Shown: positions 1-10,377 of the stretch, piece by piece
Position numbering within the stretch: the stretch's first letter is position 1
How the letters are laid out: every line of letters starts with the position of its first letter
Source of the DNA: an uncultured bacterium
Lineage (GTDB): Bacteria; Babelota; Babeliae; Babelales; Vermiphilaceae
Assembly (NCBI GenBank): GCA_963707655.1
Contig: OY970172.1
Coordinates: 512,001-576,000 of the forward strand
DNA: 64,000 nt
Direction: 5' to 3'
Program-made: the position numbers and the translations under genes
The notes under the pieces: model-generated
Database searches by the model: none
The model's input: only the letters and a program-made list of their open reading frames with translations
What the model was told of the DNA's origin: nothing

Positions 1-933
1 CAGGAATTATTTGATGCTATCAATGGAATGAACTTTGACGATGGTGGCTTTAAGGATGTCTATCTTGCGCAAAGCTACATCTATTTTTTTGGGTTGGGAG
101 TAGATCAAGACAAGCAAAAAGCGGTTGAGCTCATGAAGAAGGCAGATGACGAAACAAGCACAGATTTTATAATGGCTCCTACCAACATATTATTTCCTGC
201 ATTTGAACGATCGATGACAGAATATCAAGAGCAGACATTAAAAAACAAGCAAGATGAATTGTTAGCAGATATTTTGCGGGAAAAAGCAACAACGAGGCAG
301 CCTCGCGGGAAAAATAAGAGTAAGCGCAAAGATCTTGCGCCAAAAAATGAGGCAAGTCCTGTTGCATCATCAAGCAGCTCATCTGTACCGGTTTCTATCG
401 CGCAAGAACCAGAATTTTCTGCTATTGGCAAACCTGAACAATGGCAAGAATGGTATGGAAAGGCCGAAGATGGCAGTTTTGTAAGCGCTACTAACAGCGC
501 CGCTCAGACTATTACTATTGATTCTCCGGCACACGCAGAACAGCTGATCTTTTTTAATGTAAAAGATCCATTCAAAAAATATCGCATAGTAAAGCAGTTT
601 CAACATCATCCCCGCATAGCAGATCGTTCCGGCAAAGGGCCAGTGGCTGTTGATGCAACAACCGCGCACAATCACAATTTTGCACGCATGCTCGATTATG
701 TTATGCAGGAATTTGGTCGCTATGTGCCTTTTTTAAAATCTAACCAAGATAAAACCGAAACACTCGTAGCTGATGTTATTAGAAAAAGCAGTAACGGCAC
801 AGAAGTTGCCTGTAAGGCGGAATATGGATTTGGTCAGGATGCAAAGAACAATGTATATGTATACCATCGTTTATTGCGCCCGTTCAAAAATCAAAAACAA
901 GAACTTGCTCGCCTGCATGCACTAATGAAATGA
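1..933 (+). CDS. Sel1-like repeat protein, C-terminal part (5'-truncated); paralog of 1051..3096
   Basis: The frame is open from base 1. Contains a Sel1-like YFFGLGVDQDKQKA segment and aligns closely with the C-terminal ~305 aa of the next ORF. Confidence 0.8.
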   Translation, partial: QELFDAINGMNFDDGGFKDVYLAQSYIYFFGLGVDQDKQKAVELMKKADDETSTDFIMAPTNILFPAFERSMTEYQEQTLKNKQDELLADILREKATTRQPRGKNKSKRKDLAPKNEASPVASSSSSSVPVSIAQEPEFSAIGKPEQWQEWYGKAEDGSFVSATNSAAQTITIDSPAHAEQLIFFNVKDPFKKYRIVKQFQHHPRIADRSGKGPVAVDATTAHNHNFARMLDYVMQEFGRYVPFLKSNQDKTETLVADVIRKSSNGTEVACKAEYGFGQDAKNNVYVYHRLLRPFKNQKQELARLHALMK

Positions 934-1050
934 GTTATCTGATAATGAGATCAACATGAGTGCGCTATCACACGACTACGATCAGTTATTTTTTTAAGTA
1001 CACACGGTATATAATTGTCAAAGCTAGCCGATTAAAAACCTGGAGTACCT

Positions 1051-3096
1051 ATGAAACAAATCGGTTTATTTTTTATTGCCTATACAGCAGCACTCTTGTG
1101 TGCAGAGGCGCCATTGGTGCAGACAGAGCTTATTTCAACCATGATGTTTGAACAACTATTGGGGAAAAAAGAAAAGACGGCACAAGATTATCAAGAGATC
1201 TCAAGCTATGTCTATGAAACCCCGGAGGCAGAAAAGTTTGTTGATATCTATGCAGCGCAAGACCCACAATTATATACATCGTTACTCGCACTGACTGAAG
1301 AAAAACAAGACTTTCAAAAACTTGCTCTCTACGCGGAACAAGCAATTGAAAAAGGAATAACTGAAGGCTACTATTACGCGACTCACGCCAATCTGTGGCA
1401 ACATACACTAGGCTCTACAACCATACAGACATACCTAAATAAGGCAGCTTACGAGAAAAACTGTAAGCAAGATGAAGCAAAGTTATTATTGGCATATATA
1501 CTTAACCTGCAAGGCAGAACCCACAAGGCACTCCCTCTTATGAAGGAACTAGATGCAAAAAACATAAGTTTTGCCTCATCAATGTTGGGTGATCATTATG
1601 TGCTGCATTCACGCAATTACTCTGATCAGGTTAATACTCGAAAAGCATACGATTGCTTCACCAGGGCATTAAAGGGAAAAGTGTTTCCCTTAGACAATAG
1701 CTTAAACGGCTGTGACAGTCGTACTGTTGCTTGCGTAGCCCTAGGATCTATGTGGGAAGCAAATAAAGTGCCTCAGGATGCACGGGGAGCTCATGAAAAC
1801 TATCTGGAAAAAGCTTACCAATATTATAAACAAGCAAGTACTTCTACGGGCAAAACGCATATGGCCCGCTTGGTATGGATCGGAAAAATACAAGATCCCG
1901 CAATGAGTTCTGCTGATGCGGTAGAAGTTTTTAAAAATGAGGCTCAAAAATACAATTTAGCATCATTTTTGTACGCCACTATTTTATTTGAACAAGAAAA
2001 ACCACAAGAAGCGATACAAATATTGCAAAAAAGTGACACTGATGCAAGTCCCCTTGCAATGATGCAGTTAGGAATTGCTTGTTACTTTGGGTTGGGAATT
2101 GACCAAGACTTTGCAAGTGCAAAAAAAATATTTGATATTATTAATAAAATGAACTTTGAAATTGGGATCAAAGATGTTTACCTGGCGCAAAGCTATATCC
2201 ATTTTTTTGGGTTGGGTGTTGATCAAAACAAGCAAAAAGCGCTCAGTTTAATGAACAAGGTAAATGACGAGGCAAGCTTAAGCCTTATAATGGTTCCTGC
2301 CAACATATTATTTCCTGCATTCGATCAAGCAATTGCAGAGTATAAAGAAGAATTAGCCGAAAATGAACAAGCATTAAAAAATAGGCAAGATGCGCTTTTA
2401 GCGGAGCTTTCACGAGAAAAATCTTCAAGACAAGCGCAGCGAGGAAAAAAGACACCGTATAAGCGCACAAATCTTCTGCCAAAAAAGCCGGCACATCCTG
2501 TTGCAACATCAAGCGAGCCATTTTTACCCGCTGCAATGGCACAAAAACCGGAATTCTCTGCCATTGGGGAACCAAAGGACTGGCACGAATGGTATGGCTC
2601 GGCAGAAGATGGTAGCTTTGTAAGCGCGACTAATAGTACTGCTCAGGCTATTACCATTGATTCCCCGGCACATGCAGAACAACTGATCTTTTTTAATCAG
2701 AAAGATCCTCTAAAAAAATATCGCATAGTAAAATCATTTCAACACCATCCACGCATAGCGGATCGCTCTGGAGAAGGCGCAGATCCTGTTGATGCAGCAA
2801 CTGCGCACGATCACAATTTTGCACGCATGCTTGACTATGTTATGCAAGAGTTTGGTCGCTATGTGCCTTTGTTAAAATCGAATGCGGATAAAAAAGAGAC
2901 ACTCGTAGCCGATGTTATTAGAAGAAGTAATAATGGCACAGAAGTTGCCTGCCGATCGGAATATGGGCTTGGGCAGAACCCCGATAATACTATGTATGTG
3001 TATCACCGCTTATTGCGTCGATTGAAAAACCAAAAACAAGAGCTTGCTCGCCTGCATGCAATAATGAACGCTTCCGGCAACAAGATTAATAAATAA
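1051..3096 (+). CDS. Secreted Sel1-like repeat protein with His-rich C-terminal domain
   Basis: Signal-peptide-like N-terminus, GGAG RBS, Sel1-like motifs (AMMQLGIACYFGLGIDQDFASA; FFGLGVDQNKQKA). Confidence 0.85.
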   Translation: MKQIGLFFIAYTAALLCAEAPLVQTELISTMMFEQLLGKKEKTAQDYQEISSYVYETPEAEKFVDIYAAQDPQLYTSLLALTEEKQDFQKLALYAEQAIEKGITEGYYYATHANLWQHTLGSTTIQTYLNKAAYEKNCKQDEAKLLLAYILNLQGRTHKALPLMKELDAKNISFASSMLGDHYVLHSRNYSDQVNTRKAYDCFTRALKGKVFPLDNSLNGCDSRTVACVALGSMWEANKVPQDARGAHENYLEKAYQYYKQASTSTGKTHMARLVWIGKIQDPAMSSADAVEVFKNEAQKYNLASFLYATILFEQEKPQEAIQILQKSDTDASPLAMMQLGIACYFGLGIDQDFASAKKIFDIINKMNFEIGIKDVYLAQSYIHFFGLGVDQNKQKALSLMNKVNDEASLSLIMVPANILFPAFDQAIAEYKEELAENEQALKNRQDALLAELSREKSSRQAQRGKKTPYKRTNLLPKKPAHPVATSSEPFLPAAMAQKPEFSAIGEPKDWHEWYGSAEDGSFVSATNSTAQAITIDSPAHAEQLIFFNQKDPLKKYRIVKSFQHHPRIADRSGEGADPVDAATAHDHNFARMLDYVMQEFGRYVPLLKSNADKKETLVADVIRRSNNGTEVACRSEYGLGQNPDNTMYVYHRLLRRLKNQKQELARLHAIMNASGNKINK

Positions 3097-3110
3097 TATT
3101 TAACGCTTAC

Positions 3111-3155
3111 AAAATAAAACACCGCACGATTTCGAGTCATGCGGTGTTTTATTTT
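3111..3155. terminator. Bidirectional intrinsic terminator
   Basis: AAAATAAAACACCGCA...TGCGGTGTTTTATTTT inverted repeat between convergent genes. Confidence 0.8.
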
Positions 3156-3182
3156 TTTAAGATAAAGCATGCGCTCAAGGAG

Positions 3183-3686
3183 TTACTTGGCCACGCTCAC
3201 TTTTGCCGGTCGCAAAACAGTATCTTTGAACATAAATCCTTTTTGCAGGACCTGTACAATATCACCTGACTTATGTTCCGATGAATCAACATGCATGAGC
3301 GCTTCATGTTTTTCCGGATCAAAGACATGCTGATCTTTCATGGGAGAAACACCATATTTAGCTAACATTTTGTGCAATTCTTTTTCAATAAGCTCGCATC
3401 CTGACAGAAGAGCAGACGGGGTTTGCCCTTCTTTTTTTCCCGCCTCAAGCGCACGGTCAAAATCGTCAACAATGGCAAGTAAATCAGTCAAGATGGCGCT
3501 TTGCGCACTATTCATCCATGAATATTTTTCTTTTTCCATTCTGCGTTTATAATTCTCAAAATCTGAGCCTAAGCGAGCATATTTCTCTTTAAAATTATTG
3601 AGCTCGGTTACACATGAATCAAGTTCCTGATTATTCGTTTGCTCATTCATAGCTGATGCATTGTGCTGATTATTGTTTTCATCCAT
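3183..3686 (-). CDS. grpE: Nucleotide exchange factor GrpE
   Basis: DFENYKRR, DDFDRAL, FDPEKHEAL and QKGF...LRPAKVSV motifs. Confidence 0.95.
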   Translation of the reverse strand: MDENNNQHNASAMNEQTNNQELDSCVTELNNFKEKYARLGSDFENYKRRMEKEKYSWMNSAQSAILTDLLAIVDDFDRALEAGKKEGQTPSALLSGCELIEKELHKMLAKYGVSPMKDQHVFDPEKHEALMHVDSSEHKSGDIVQVLQKGFMFKDTVLRPAKVSVAK

Positions 3687-3755
3687 TTTAATTGATCCTC
3701 ATCTAGAAGAAATAAGTTTTTTATACTGCTCAGTATAGCAAAAGTTTCATTTTTT

Positions 3756-4304
3756 TTAAACGGTATCAGCGTGCGGCGCTGTCGCCGGATACGTAATGGT
3801 TGTTCCCTTGACCACGGCCCATGGAGTAAGGGTATGCGGCCTGCTCTCTGTCATGCTAAAAATATCATTCACTGTTCCTCCCCGCACCAGTAAAGCATCC
3901 CCGACCAATGATCGATGGCACCGCCAGGGTACCGCCTCGGCACACATAATGACAACGGTTTTTTCATGTGCGGTTTTAACTAATTCATCAATACCTTCTT
4001 GAAACTCTTTCGTTTGCATGTAATCGGCATAGCCACGAAACGAAGCATTGCGCCATGCCATATTAATTGAATCGGCATGCGCATGACGCAAGCCACCCAA
4101 ATTTTTTTGATGACGATAGCCAATGTGATGCGATCGTAGCACCTGTGCCAATTCGGGACCATTGAATTGTGGATTGTGGCGCGATTTGGCAATGGTGCGT
4201 ATATCAACCAGTTCATTAATATGATAATGCTTGAGCAATGCAACAAAATCTTCTATTGGTCTTGTTGAGTGTCCCACCGTAAAAACAACAAAATTGGTAT
4301 GCAT
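3756..4304 (-). CDS. DUF488 family protein
   Basis: TVGHSTR, LVDIR, LGG and MCAEAVPWRCHRSL motifs. Confidence 0.85.
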   Translation of the reverse strand: MHTNFVVFTVGHSTRPIEDFVALLKHYHINELVDIRTIAKSRHNPQFNGPELAQVLRSHHIGYRHQKNLGGLRHAHADSINMAWRNASFRGYADYMQTKEFQEGIDELVKTAHEKTVVIMCAEAVPWRCHRSLVGDALLVRGGTVNDIFSMTESRPHTLTPWAVVKGTTITYPATAPHADTV

Positions 4305-4407
4305 TACATTTCTCTCTTTTTTATTACTTCTCTTTTTATCTTTTTTTTTCTATAAGTAGAATAATGCTACTCATCTATTATGATTGTAGATTAAAAAGGA
4401 TCTATTA

Positions 4408-5709
4408 ATGAAGAAATCTATCGCGTTGCGCAGTCTTTTAATGCTTTGTTTTGTTTTTATACAAAGCATTTTCCCCATCGACAACCACCACTTTTATCGA
4501 GCAAGTAATTTTTTTTCTGTCTATGAAGAGCCCCGCTTTGAAGAGTGCTGGCTCAGCTCGTTTGATTTTACCATAGGAGCCGGTTCAACGCACCATAGCA
4601 AAATTGGTGGCAACTGCTGCAATGAAAAATGCACCCCGCTGCTCGACCTGTGTGGATTATACGATATGCAGGCGCTGGGCTATAATTTGCCTAATAAGAG
4701 TATAACCAACCCTGTTGATCTTGCCTTGATAAATCTTTCTCTTATACCTGAGCGACCAGATTTTGCCACTCTTTCATATCATGGCCAGTTCAATATTATA
4801 GAAGCAAATTTTTTCTTTACGCAAAACTTTGGCGACGGCATGTTTTTCCAAATGCATATTCCCGTGCGACACATGAGAATACATGACATCTATTTTGACG
4901 ATCTTTCACCCAATGATTCTGTGTACCCCAACGTTAATACACCGCAATGGCAGACATTTCTAGCATTGTATCCAACTGCTTTTGCTCAACGATTCGATCT
5001 CAATTTATGCGGCATGGATGAAACCGGTATCGGTGATTTGAGCCTGCTTTTGGGCTGGGCACGCAATTATGAAAATACCGAGACCCTTGATTTTGTTGAC
5101 TTCACGCTACGATTCGGCGTATTGGTCCCCACAGGAAGAAAAGCCAATATCAACTCCCCATTCTCATTACCTTTTGGGTACAACGGCCATGTAGGCATTC
5201 CCATAACTTTTGATGTTGCTCTGGGCTCATACGACTGGCTCACCATAGGATTACATTTGGGCGCAATGCCATTTGCCCACACAGAACAAAACATACGAGT
5301 CAAAACATCAGTACAACAAACGGGTCTCATCAGGCTCGACATTATTCGTGCCAAAATACATGGCGGCGTGTTGTGGGATGCGGTTGGGTATGTCAAAGCA
5401 GATCATGTGTGCGGGGGTCTTTCTCTGTTAGCGGGATATACGTATGCGCACAAACAGGGCAATACATTCAGACAACAATGTGAGAATGGCATAAACCCCA
5501 TTGTTAACTGTTTTGCCGAATGCGACCTGACAAATTCGGCATGGAACATGCAGACGGTAAATCTTCTGATCGAATATGATTTCCTGCGCGATTGTTCCGT
5601 AACTCCCCGTTTAGGTTTTTTTTATAATCAACCGGTAGGCGGAAAGCATATTTTTAAAACAGCCATGGTAGGCGGTACCGCCGGCATTGATTTTTCAGTT
5701 CAATTTTAA
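4408..5709 (+). CDS. Putative outer-membrane beta-barrel protein
   Basis: Signal peptide, GIGDLSLLLGW and FGVLVPTG strand motifs, C-terminal Phe (GIDFSVQF). Confidence 0.6.
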   Translation: MKKSIALRSLLMLCFVFIQSIFPIDNHHFYRASNFFSVYEEPRFEECWLSSFDFTIGAGSTHHSKIGGNCCNEKCTPLLDLCGLYDMQALGYNLPNKSITNPVDLALINLSLIPERPDFATLSYHGQFNIIEANFFFTQNFGDGMFFQMHIPVRHMRIHDIYFDDLSPNDSVYPNVNTPQWQTFLALYPTAFAQRFDLNLCGMDETGIGDLSLLLGWARNYENTETLDFVDFTLRFGVLVPTGRKANINSPFSLPFGYNGHVGIPITFDVALGSYDWLTIGLHLGAMPFAHTEQNIRVKTSVQQTGLIRLDIIRAKIHGGVLWDAVGYVKADHVCGGLSLLAGYTYAHKQGNTFRQQCENGINPIVNCFAECDLTNSAWNMQTVNLLIEYDFLRDCSVTPRLGFFYNQPVGGKHIFKTAMVGGTAGIDFSVQF

Positions 5710-5724
5710 AAAAGGCTCTTGATC

Positions 5725-8508
5725 ATGAATATAAAAAATAGAGTTATGTTGGGTATAGCTGCATGTTTTCTGATCATTAATAATGAATGGGCAACTACGG
5801 TAATAGAAGGAAACGGCACCCTTCCTTTTTCTTTTAATCAAACAATTAATGCTGCTGCTCTTGATAAAGCAACCGGCGCATTTTATGTTGGCCTTGCCGC
5901 AGGCGGCGGCAATAATGCAATTTCGAAAGCATTGCGCGGCGCCCCCATTTCAAGCCCCTCTTTCAATGGTATTGCAACCGATCCGGCAGTAAATAATCAG
6001 CCGATTGAAATGCTGACCATGAGCACAAGTACGGGAAACACCAATCCTAATATCGCCCTAGTTATAGAAAATGGTGTAACACCGTTCACGCAGACCATTG
6101 TTACCATCATGAATAATACGGGAAGTCCAACGCAACAGAGTAGCAGCCTGCTTGATGCAAGCGGCACGCTCAACAATAATGGTTCCGTGACATCAGGCAT
6201 TGTAGACTTGGCTGCCAGTGCCGCATATATTTTTGCAGCAGTGCGCCCATCGTCCACCTCTCCTAGTTTTAATGATTTTGGGGATACTAACAGCGGTATT
6301 GCAGTTGTCGGCATTAATCAATCAAATCTTGCCCTTATGCAAACTGAAGCGCAGCCGGGAGACGTAGGAATAAAAGCGGCAAAACTTGATCCCTCATCAA
6401 CACAAGTCGGCACACCAACACCAACCATTACGCCAAATCAGGCGGTCATGCTCTGGGACGATCAGTTACAAAGATTATACATTGGCCTCAGTGTTACGAG
6501 CGGTGGAACAGCGACCGATACGGCAAATTCTATTGTAGTCGGCTCTATTGACGACGGAACATTAACACTAGAAAATTTTTTCCCCGATTCAACACTCACA
6601 CCAGGCGACACCACAAAAATTGTGGGAGTAGAGGGAACAGACGAAACGGTCAGCGCACAAACTATACAAATAATGCACACCAGCACCGGCCCTTCGTATC
6701 TGATTTTAAATGGTGGCAATGGTGAAGATATCGATACCAACAATACCATATTTGCTCTGCCACTGGTTGATAGCGATAACCCTCTGAACGCGAGCCAAGG
6801 GTTGCTTGCAGACAAGACGCTTTTTAATAGCACCACTCATACTTTCCAAACACCGGTAACTACCAACGCGGGTCTTACTAATAGCACCGATGCGGCAGCG
6901 CAAGTAGGCGCGGGACCATTGCCAATTCAAACCACAACCCCAATATCTCAGTTGCTTGTTGCCGGCGATACGGTATATGCATCTCTTGGACAACAAGCAA
7001 ATACGCTCAATGATGCGGGTATTTTTTATTCACAAGCACTCTTTAATAATGTAGGACAAGTTATTAATTGGACCCCATGGACAAAGCGAGTTGCTCCTTT
7101 TAATAGCTTTCCCGATGCGGTACCGCAAGGACAAATCGCCTTTTTTGGTGTTGATGCGAATAATGGAGCAATATGGATGGTGAACGATACCAATAATCAG
7201 ACGGTGCGTGTTACTACATGGGATGAAGGAAGCAGCAATTCTTTGCCCTCAACTCTTAACATTGCTTTGCAAAGCGGTTGCTACAGCGTACTTGACCTCG
7301 ACCAGTCCACCGCAGGATTTGCCGGTGCAACAACAAGCCGTTACGCGTTGTTTGGCGGTGCGGCAAGAGTAGCATTTACACAAATCAGCCAGGCACAAAC
7401 AGCAACCATAAACAGCCCACAAACAGTAATAACCGATTTTTCCAATGCTGAAAATTTCTTGAATACCGCTTTGCCACAACCGGCAGGAGCCGTTGGTGCG
7501 ATAGAATACACCCGGCAGCCAACCGGAACGGCCAACAACTTTTTCTTTGCCGGAACCGACCGTGGTTTATATGCATTTGCCGATAGCAATGGCAGTGGAT
7601 TTGATGTAGCAGATTTGGGAGATTTAAATGCTGCACCGTTTCTTAGCTATGCGTGGCAAAAAGTTGGCGCCATAAAAGGTTCGGTTATTGATATTAAAAC
7701 AACGGGCAACGCCCTGTATATCATGTCAAACGAACCCAGTTCTTCGCAACCATTCAACTACACTATTTATCGTGTTCCTTTTGCGCCAACATTGAGCGCA
7801 ATGTTCGCCGCTCCCGTTATTATTGCGCAATCAGGAACAACCTCTTTAAGTTCTATTCTTGCCATGTATAACATGCAAATTATTTCAACCGCAGCTAATG
7901 GCAGCACAGAGCAGCTGGTGATCAGTACGAACAATGGCTTATATCAAAGTGCCCGGGTCGGCGGTGTGCAAGCTGCGGTCAGCCAGGCCGATGCAAATTG
8001 GAATTTAGTTGCCACCTCAAACGCGGAGCTGTTTAACGGTATTGGCTTCATAGATAATGCTGCAATTCCTACCACCCCCCCTTCAACAATTTGGCCCTTC
8101 AATCTTGCCGATCCTTCCGGATTTAAAATATACAATGGCGGAGAAACTAATCAGCTTGCCGGCAATAGCGACACTACTCCTTTCAGCTTTGTGCCGACAT
8201 TTTTTAATAGCAACAGTCCTAGTCCCTCATTTGCTACGACACCTCCCATTATTTATTTCTGGTCAGATGGCGCGCGTCGTTTTTTGATAACCCAAAATCT
8301 AGCAAATTTCACTCTTCCTACCACGATACAAAACAATTTGATAACCTTACCTTTTGATTCTACCGCGTGGGGAGCATATTCAGTAGGTGAGCAAGTGGTG
8401 GATAACAGCGTAGTTAATTCTGCCGGCGCATTGTATTGGATACGGCCCATTGGCGCCAGCGGCAGTATACTAATGGGGACAGATTTCGGCGTTGTTGCAT
8501 TTGAGTAA
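5725..8508 (+). CDS. Large secreted beta-rich (propeller-like) hypothetical protein
   Basis: About 927 aa, signal peptide, S/T/N/G-rich, repeated GTDRGLY/STNNGLY/GTDFGV blade-like motifs. Confidence 0.7.
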   Translation: MNIKNRVMLGIAACFLIINNEWATTVIEGNGTLPFSFNQTINAAALDKATGAFYVGLAAGGGNNAISKALRGAPISSPSFNGIATDPAVNNQPIEMLTMSTSTGNTNPNIALVIENGVTPFTQTIVTIMNNTGSPTQQSSSLLDASGTLNNNGSVTSGIVDLAASAAYIFAAVRPSSTSPSFNDFGDTNSGIAVVGINQSNLALMQTEAQPGDVGIKAAKLDPSSTQVGTPTPTITPNQAVMLWDDQLQRLYIGLSVTSGGTATDTANSIVVGSIDDGTLTLENFFPDSTLTPGDTTKIVGVEGTDETVSAQTIQIMHTSTGPSYLILNGGNGEDIDTNNTIFALPLVDSDNPLNASQGLLADKTLFNSTTHTFQTPVTTNAGLTNSTDAAAQVGAGPLPIQTTTPISQLLVAGDTVYASLGQQANTLNDAGIFYSQALFNNVGQVINWTPWTKRVAPFNSFPDAVPQGQIAFFGVDANNGAIWMVNDTNNQTVRVTTWDEGSSNSLPSTLNIALQSGCYSVLDLDQSTAGFAGATTSRYALFGGAARVAFTQISQAQTATINSPQTVITDFSNAENFLNTALPQPAGAVGAIEYTRQPTGTANNFFFAGTDRGLYAFADSNGSGFDVADLGDLNAAPFLSYAWQKVGAIKGSVIDIKTTGNALYIMSNEPSSSQPFNYTIYRVPFAPTLSAMFAAPVIIAQSGTTSLSSILAMYNMQIISTAANGSTEQLVISTNNGLYQSARVGGVQAAVSQADANWNLVATSNAELFNGIGFIDNAAIPTTPPSTIWPFNLADPSGFKIYNGGETNQLAGNSDTTPFSFVPTFFNSNSPSPSFATTPPIIYFWSDGARRFLITQNLANFTLPTTIQNNLITLPFDSTAWGAYSVGEQVVDNSVVNSAGALYWIRPIGASGSILMGTDFGVVAFE

Positions 8509-8527
8509 AACTAAAGGGACATTACCT

Positions 8528-9004
8528 ATGAAATTGATCGCATTGCTCTCATTCATGTGCTTTACTTTGGCCATGGAAGATATATCAGACAGAAATCAAT
8601 ATCTGATACTTGAAAATGAACTCGAAAGAGAAGCGGCTTTAGTTGATACTTGTAGAGATTTTCTCATTGATACTTTACTTATTGAACTGCAAGGTGAACT
8701 ACAAAACGAACAATCAATCGTGCACGAAGTAGAAAACGAAAAGCTCAGAAGAATAGTTAACGCCATCGCTGAAAGAAAACAGCACTGGGGACAATTGCCT
8801 TGCCACCAATTTTTAGACACTTTTAACGTCGTCGATCCAACCATGCCCAAGCCGCAATTATTGACATGCTTCAAAACTATATGCGATCAATACAAACGCA
8901 AAGAACCTTTTATAGATTTGGTGAAAGAAGAATGTATGAAAGAAAAGCCTTTAAGCTTTACACAGCTGCTTGAAAAAAAAGGGGCGCTTACAAAAGATCA
9001 ATAA
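8528..9004 (+). CDS. Secreted hypothetical protein
   Basis: ATG at 8528 after AAGGGA; leader MKLIALLSFMCFTLA-MED. Confidence 0.65.
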   Translation: MKLIALLSFMCFTLAMEDISDRNQYLILENELEREAALVDTCRDFLIDTLLIELQGELQNEQSIVHEVENEKLRRIVNAIAERKQHWGQLPCHQFLDTFNVVDPTMPKPQLLTCFKTICDQYKRKEPFIDLVKEECMKEKPLSFTQLLEKKGALTKDQ

Positions 9005-9410
9005 GCTGCTGTTTTATATTTTTTATTAAACCAAGAATTAAGCTTTCTTTGAAAAAAGCTTTTTCGTCAAATGCAGCCTGCTCTTCCTCCATGTAGGTAA
9101 GAATATCAATGAGATATGAAATATCACTGACCAAAATTTTTTGTTCTCCAGAGAATTGAACAAGCTTGTTTATACATTTCTGCATACGTGTTAAACGGCC
9201 AACAACAAGGTCGTGATACATAAAAAAATCATCTACCAATGGCTCTTCTTCCCGTATCATGCGGCTCTCGCCCCATGCCTGCATACCCAGATTAAGAATC
9301 AGGGCATACGGTGATTCAGGCAACGCGCCCCACATTTCACGAGAATAACTCGTTGAAAAACATACAAAAAACGAAAAAAAAACTACATAGAATGGTGCTT
9401 GAACACTCAT
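8988..9410 (-). CDS. Hypothetical protein with signal peptide
   Basis: 140-aa ORF with an AGGGGA RBS and a hydrophobic leader. Confidence 0.6.
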   Translation of the reverse strand: MSVQAPFYVVFFSFFVCFSTSYSREMWGALPESPYALILNLGMQAWGESRMIREEEPLVDDFFMYHDLVVGRLTRMQKCINKLVQFSGEQKILVSDISYLIDILTYMEEEQAAFDEKAFFKESLILGLIKNIKQQLIDLL

Positions 9411-9510
9411 TATTTCCCCTAATACTCAACGAGAGAACCGCCAAGATCCTCTTTATTGTAAGTATCAGTTAAAAATATTCTATTTGTCAATAATGCAGTG
9501 ATAGGGAGTA

Positions 9511-9546
9511 AAAAAAGAGGCTGCATGGTATAGTGCAGCCTCTTTT
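9511..9546 (-). terminator. Intrinsic terminator downstream of ssb
   Basis: AAAAGAGGCTGCA-tggtatag-TGCAGCCTCTTTT hairpin with a U-tract on the minus strand. Confidence 0.75.
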
Positions 9547-9600
9547 GTGATTCGTTAAACGGTTAAACCCCGTTGTATCGCGTAATTATTGGGATAGCTT

Positions 9601-9695
9601 GCCCTACTTCGCTCCTTACAGAGCTATGAAGGGCTAATTTCATCCCCAGACTAAAAATCCACTTGAGATTTTTCTAGCCGATAGGATGAAATTAG
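9601..9695. repeat. Two adjacent hairpins 3' of ssb (REP-like element plus a long stem-loop)
   Basis: GCCCTACTTCGCTC-cttaca-GAGCTATGAAGGGC (9601-9634) and CTAATTTCATCC...GGATGAAATTAG (9634-9695). Confidence 0.65.
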
Positions 9696-10285
9696 AAAGG
9701 AAGATCGTCTTGAAATGGCGGCGCATCTTTAAAATCAATTTCTCCGCCCGGCATAACATCTGAGTCAGCATCTTTCTTTCTGCGTGGTTTGGCAGAAACA
9801 GCATCTTCTGTATGCGCATCTTTAGTTGCATAGCCAGATTTACCGCGCCCTTTGATCTGATTAATTTGATTAAGAAGATCTTTTTCCATCTCGCCGGAGA
9901 CAGTGCTTTCTCCACCAAATTCTTTTTCATCAGAAATAGAGTCTGCGCCTTGGTTGGATGATAAAAAGACAACGCGGTCAGCAACAATAGAATGCTTGCT
10001 GCGTGTTTGACCATTGGCATCTTCCCAACTATCAAACTTCAAGCGCCCTTCAACCAATGCTGGACGTCCTTTTTGTAGATACTGGCGGCAACTTTCTGCC
10101 TGAGCACCCCACACATCAACATCGATGTAGCAGACTTCTTGAATCATGCTGCCCGACTGCTTATTTTTAAATTGACGATTGGTAGCCAGACCAATTCTGC
10201 AAACAGCTTGTCCTGATGCGAGCTGCTTGTAATCAGGATCTCGAGTCAAATTACCAATTATGATAATGCGATTAAAACTTGCCAT
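9692..10285 (-). CDS. ssb: Single-stranded DNA-binding protein
   Basis: FNRIIIIGNLTRDP, KGRPALVEGRL, acidic tail DDLPF. Confidence 0.95.
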   Translation of the reverse strand: MASFNRIIIIGNLTRDPDYKQLASGQAVCRIGLATNRQFKNKQSGSMIQEVCYIDVDVWGAQAESCRQYLQKGRPALVEGRLKFDSWEDANGQTRSKHSIVADRVVFLSSNQGADSISDEKEFGGESTVSGEMEKDLLNQINQIKGRGKSGYATKDAHTEDAVSAKPRRKKDADSDVMPGGEIDFKDAPPFQDDLPF

Positions 10286-10377
10286 AGTAAAAAACCTTTA
10301 TGTATATAAAAAAATTGTGCACAAATTTTAAGATTAACGAGAAAAAAAAATTTCTCAAATCACCGAATAAGCATCGA

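Noticed and set aside
9640..10035. 131-aa alternative-frame ORF
   Set aside because: It lies mostly within ssb on the same strand and has no recognisable motifs.
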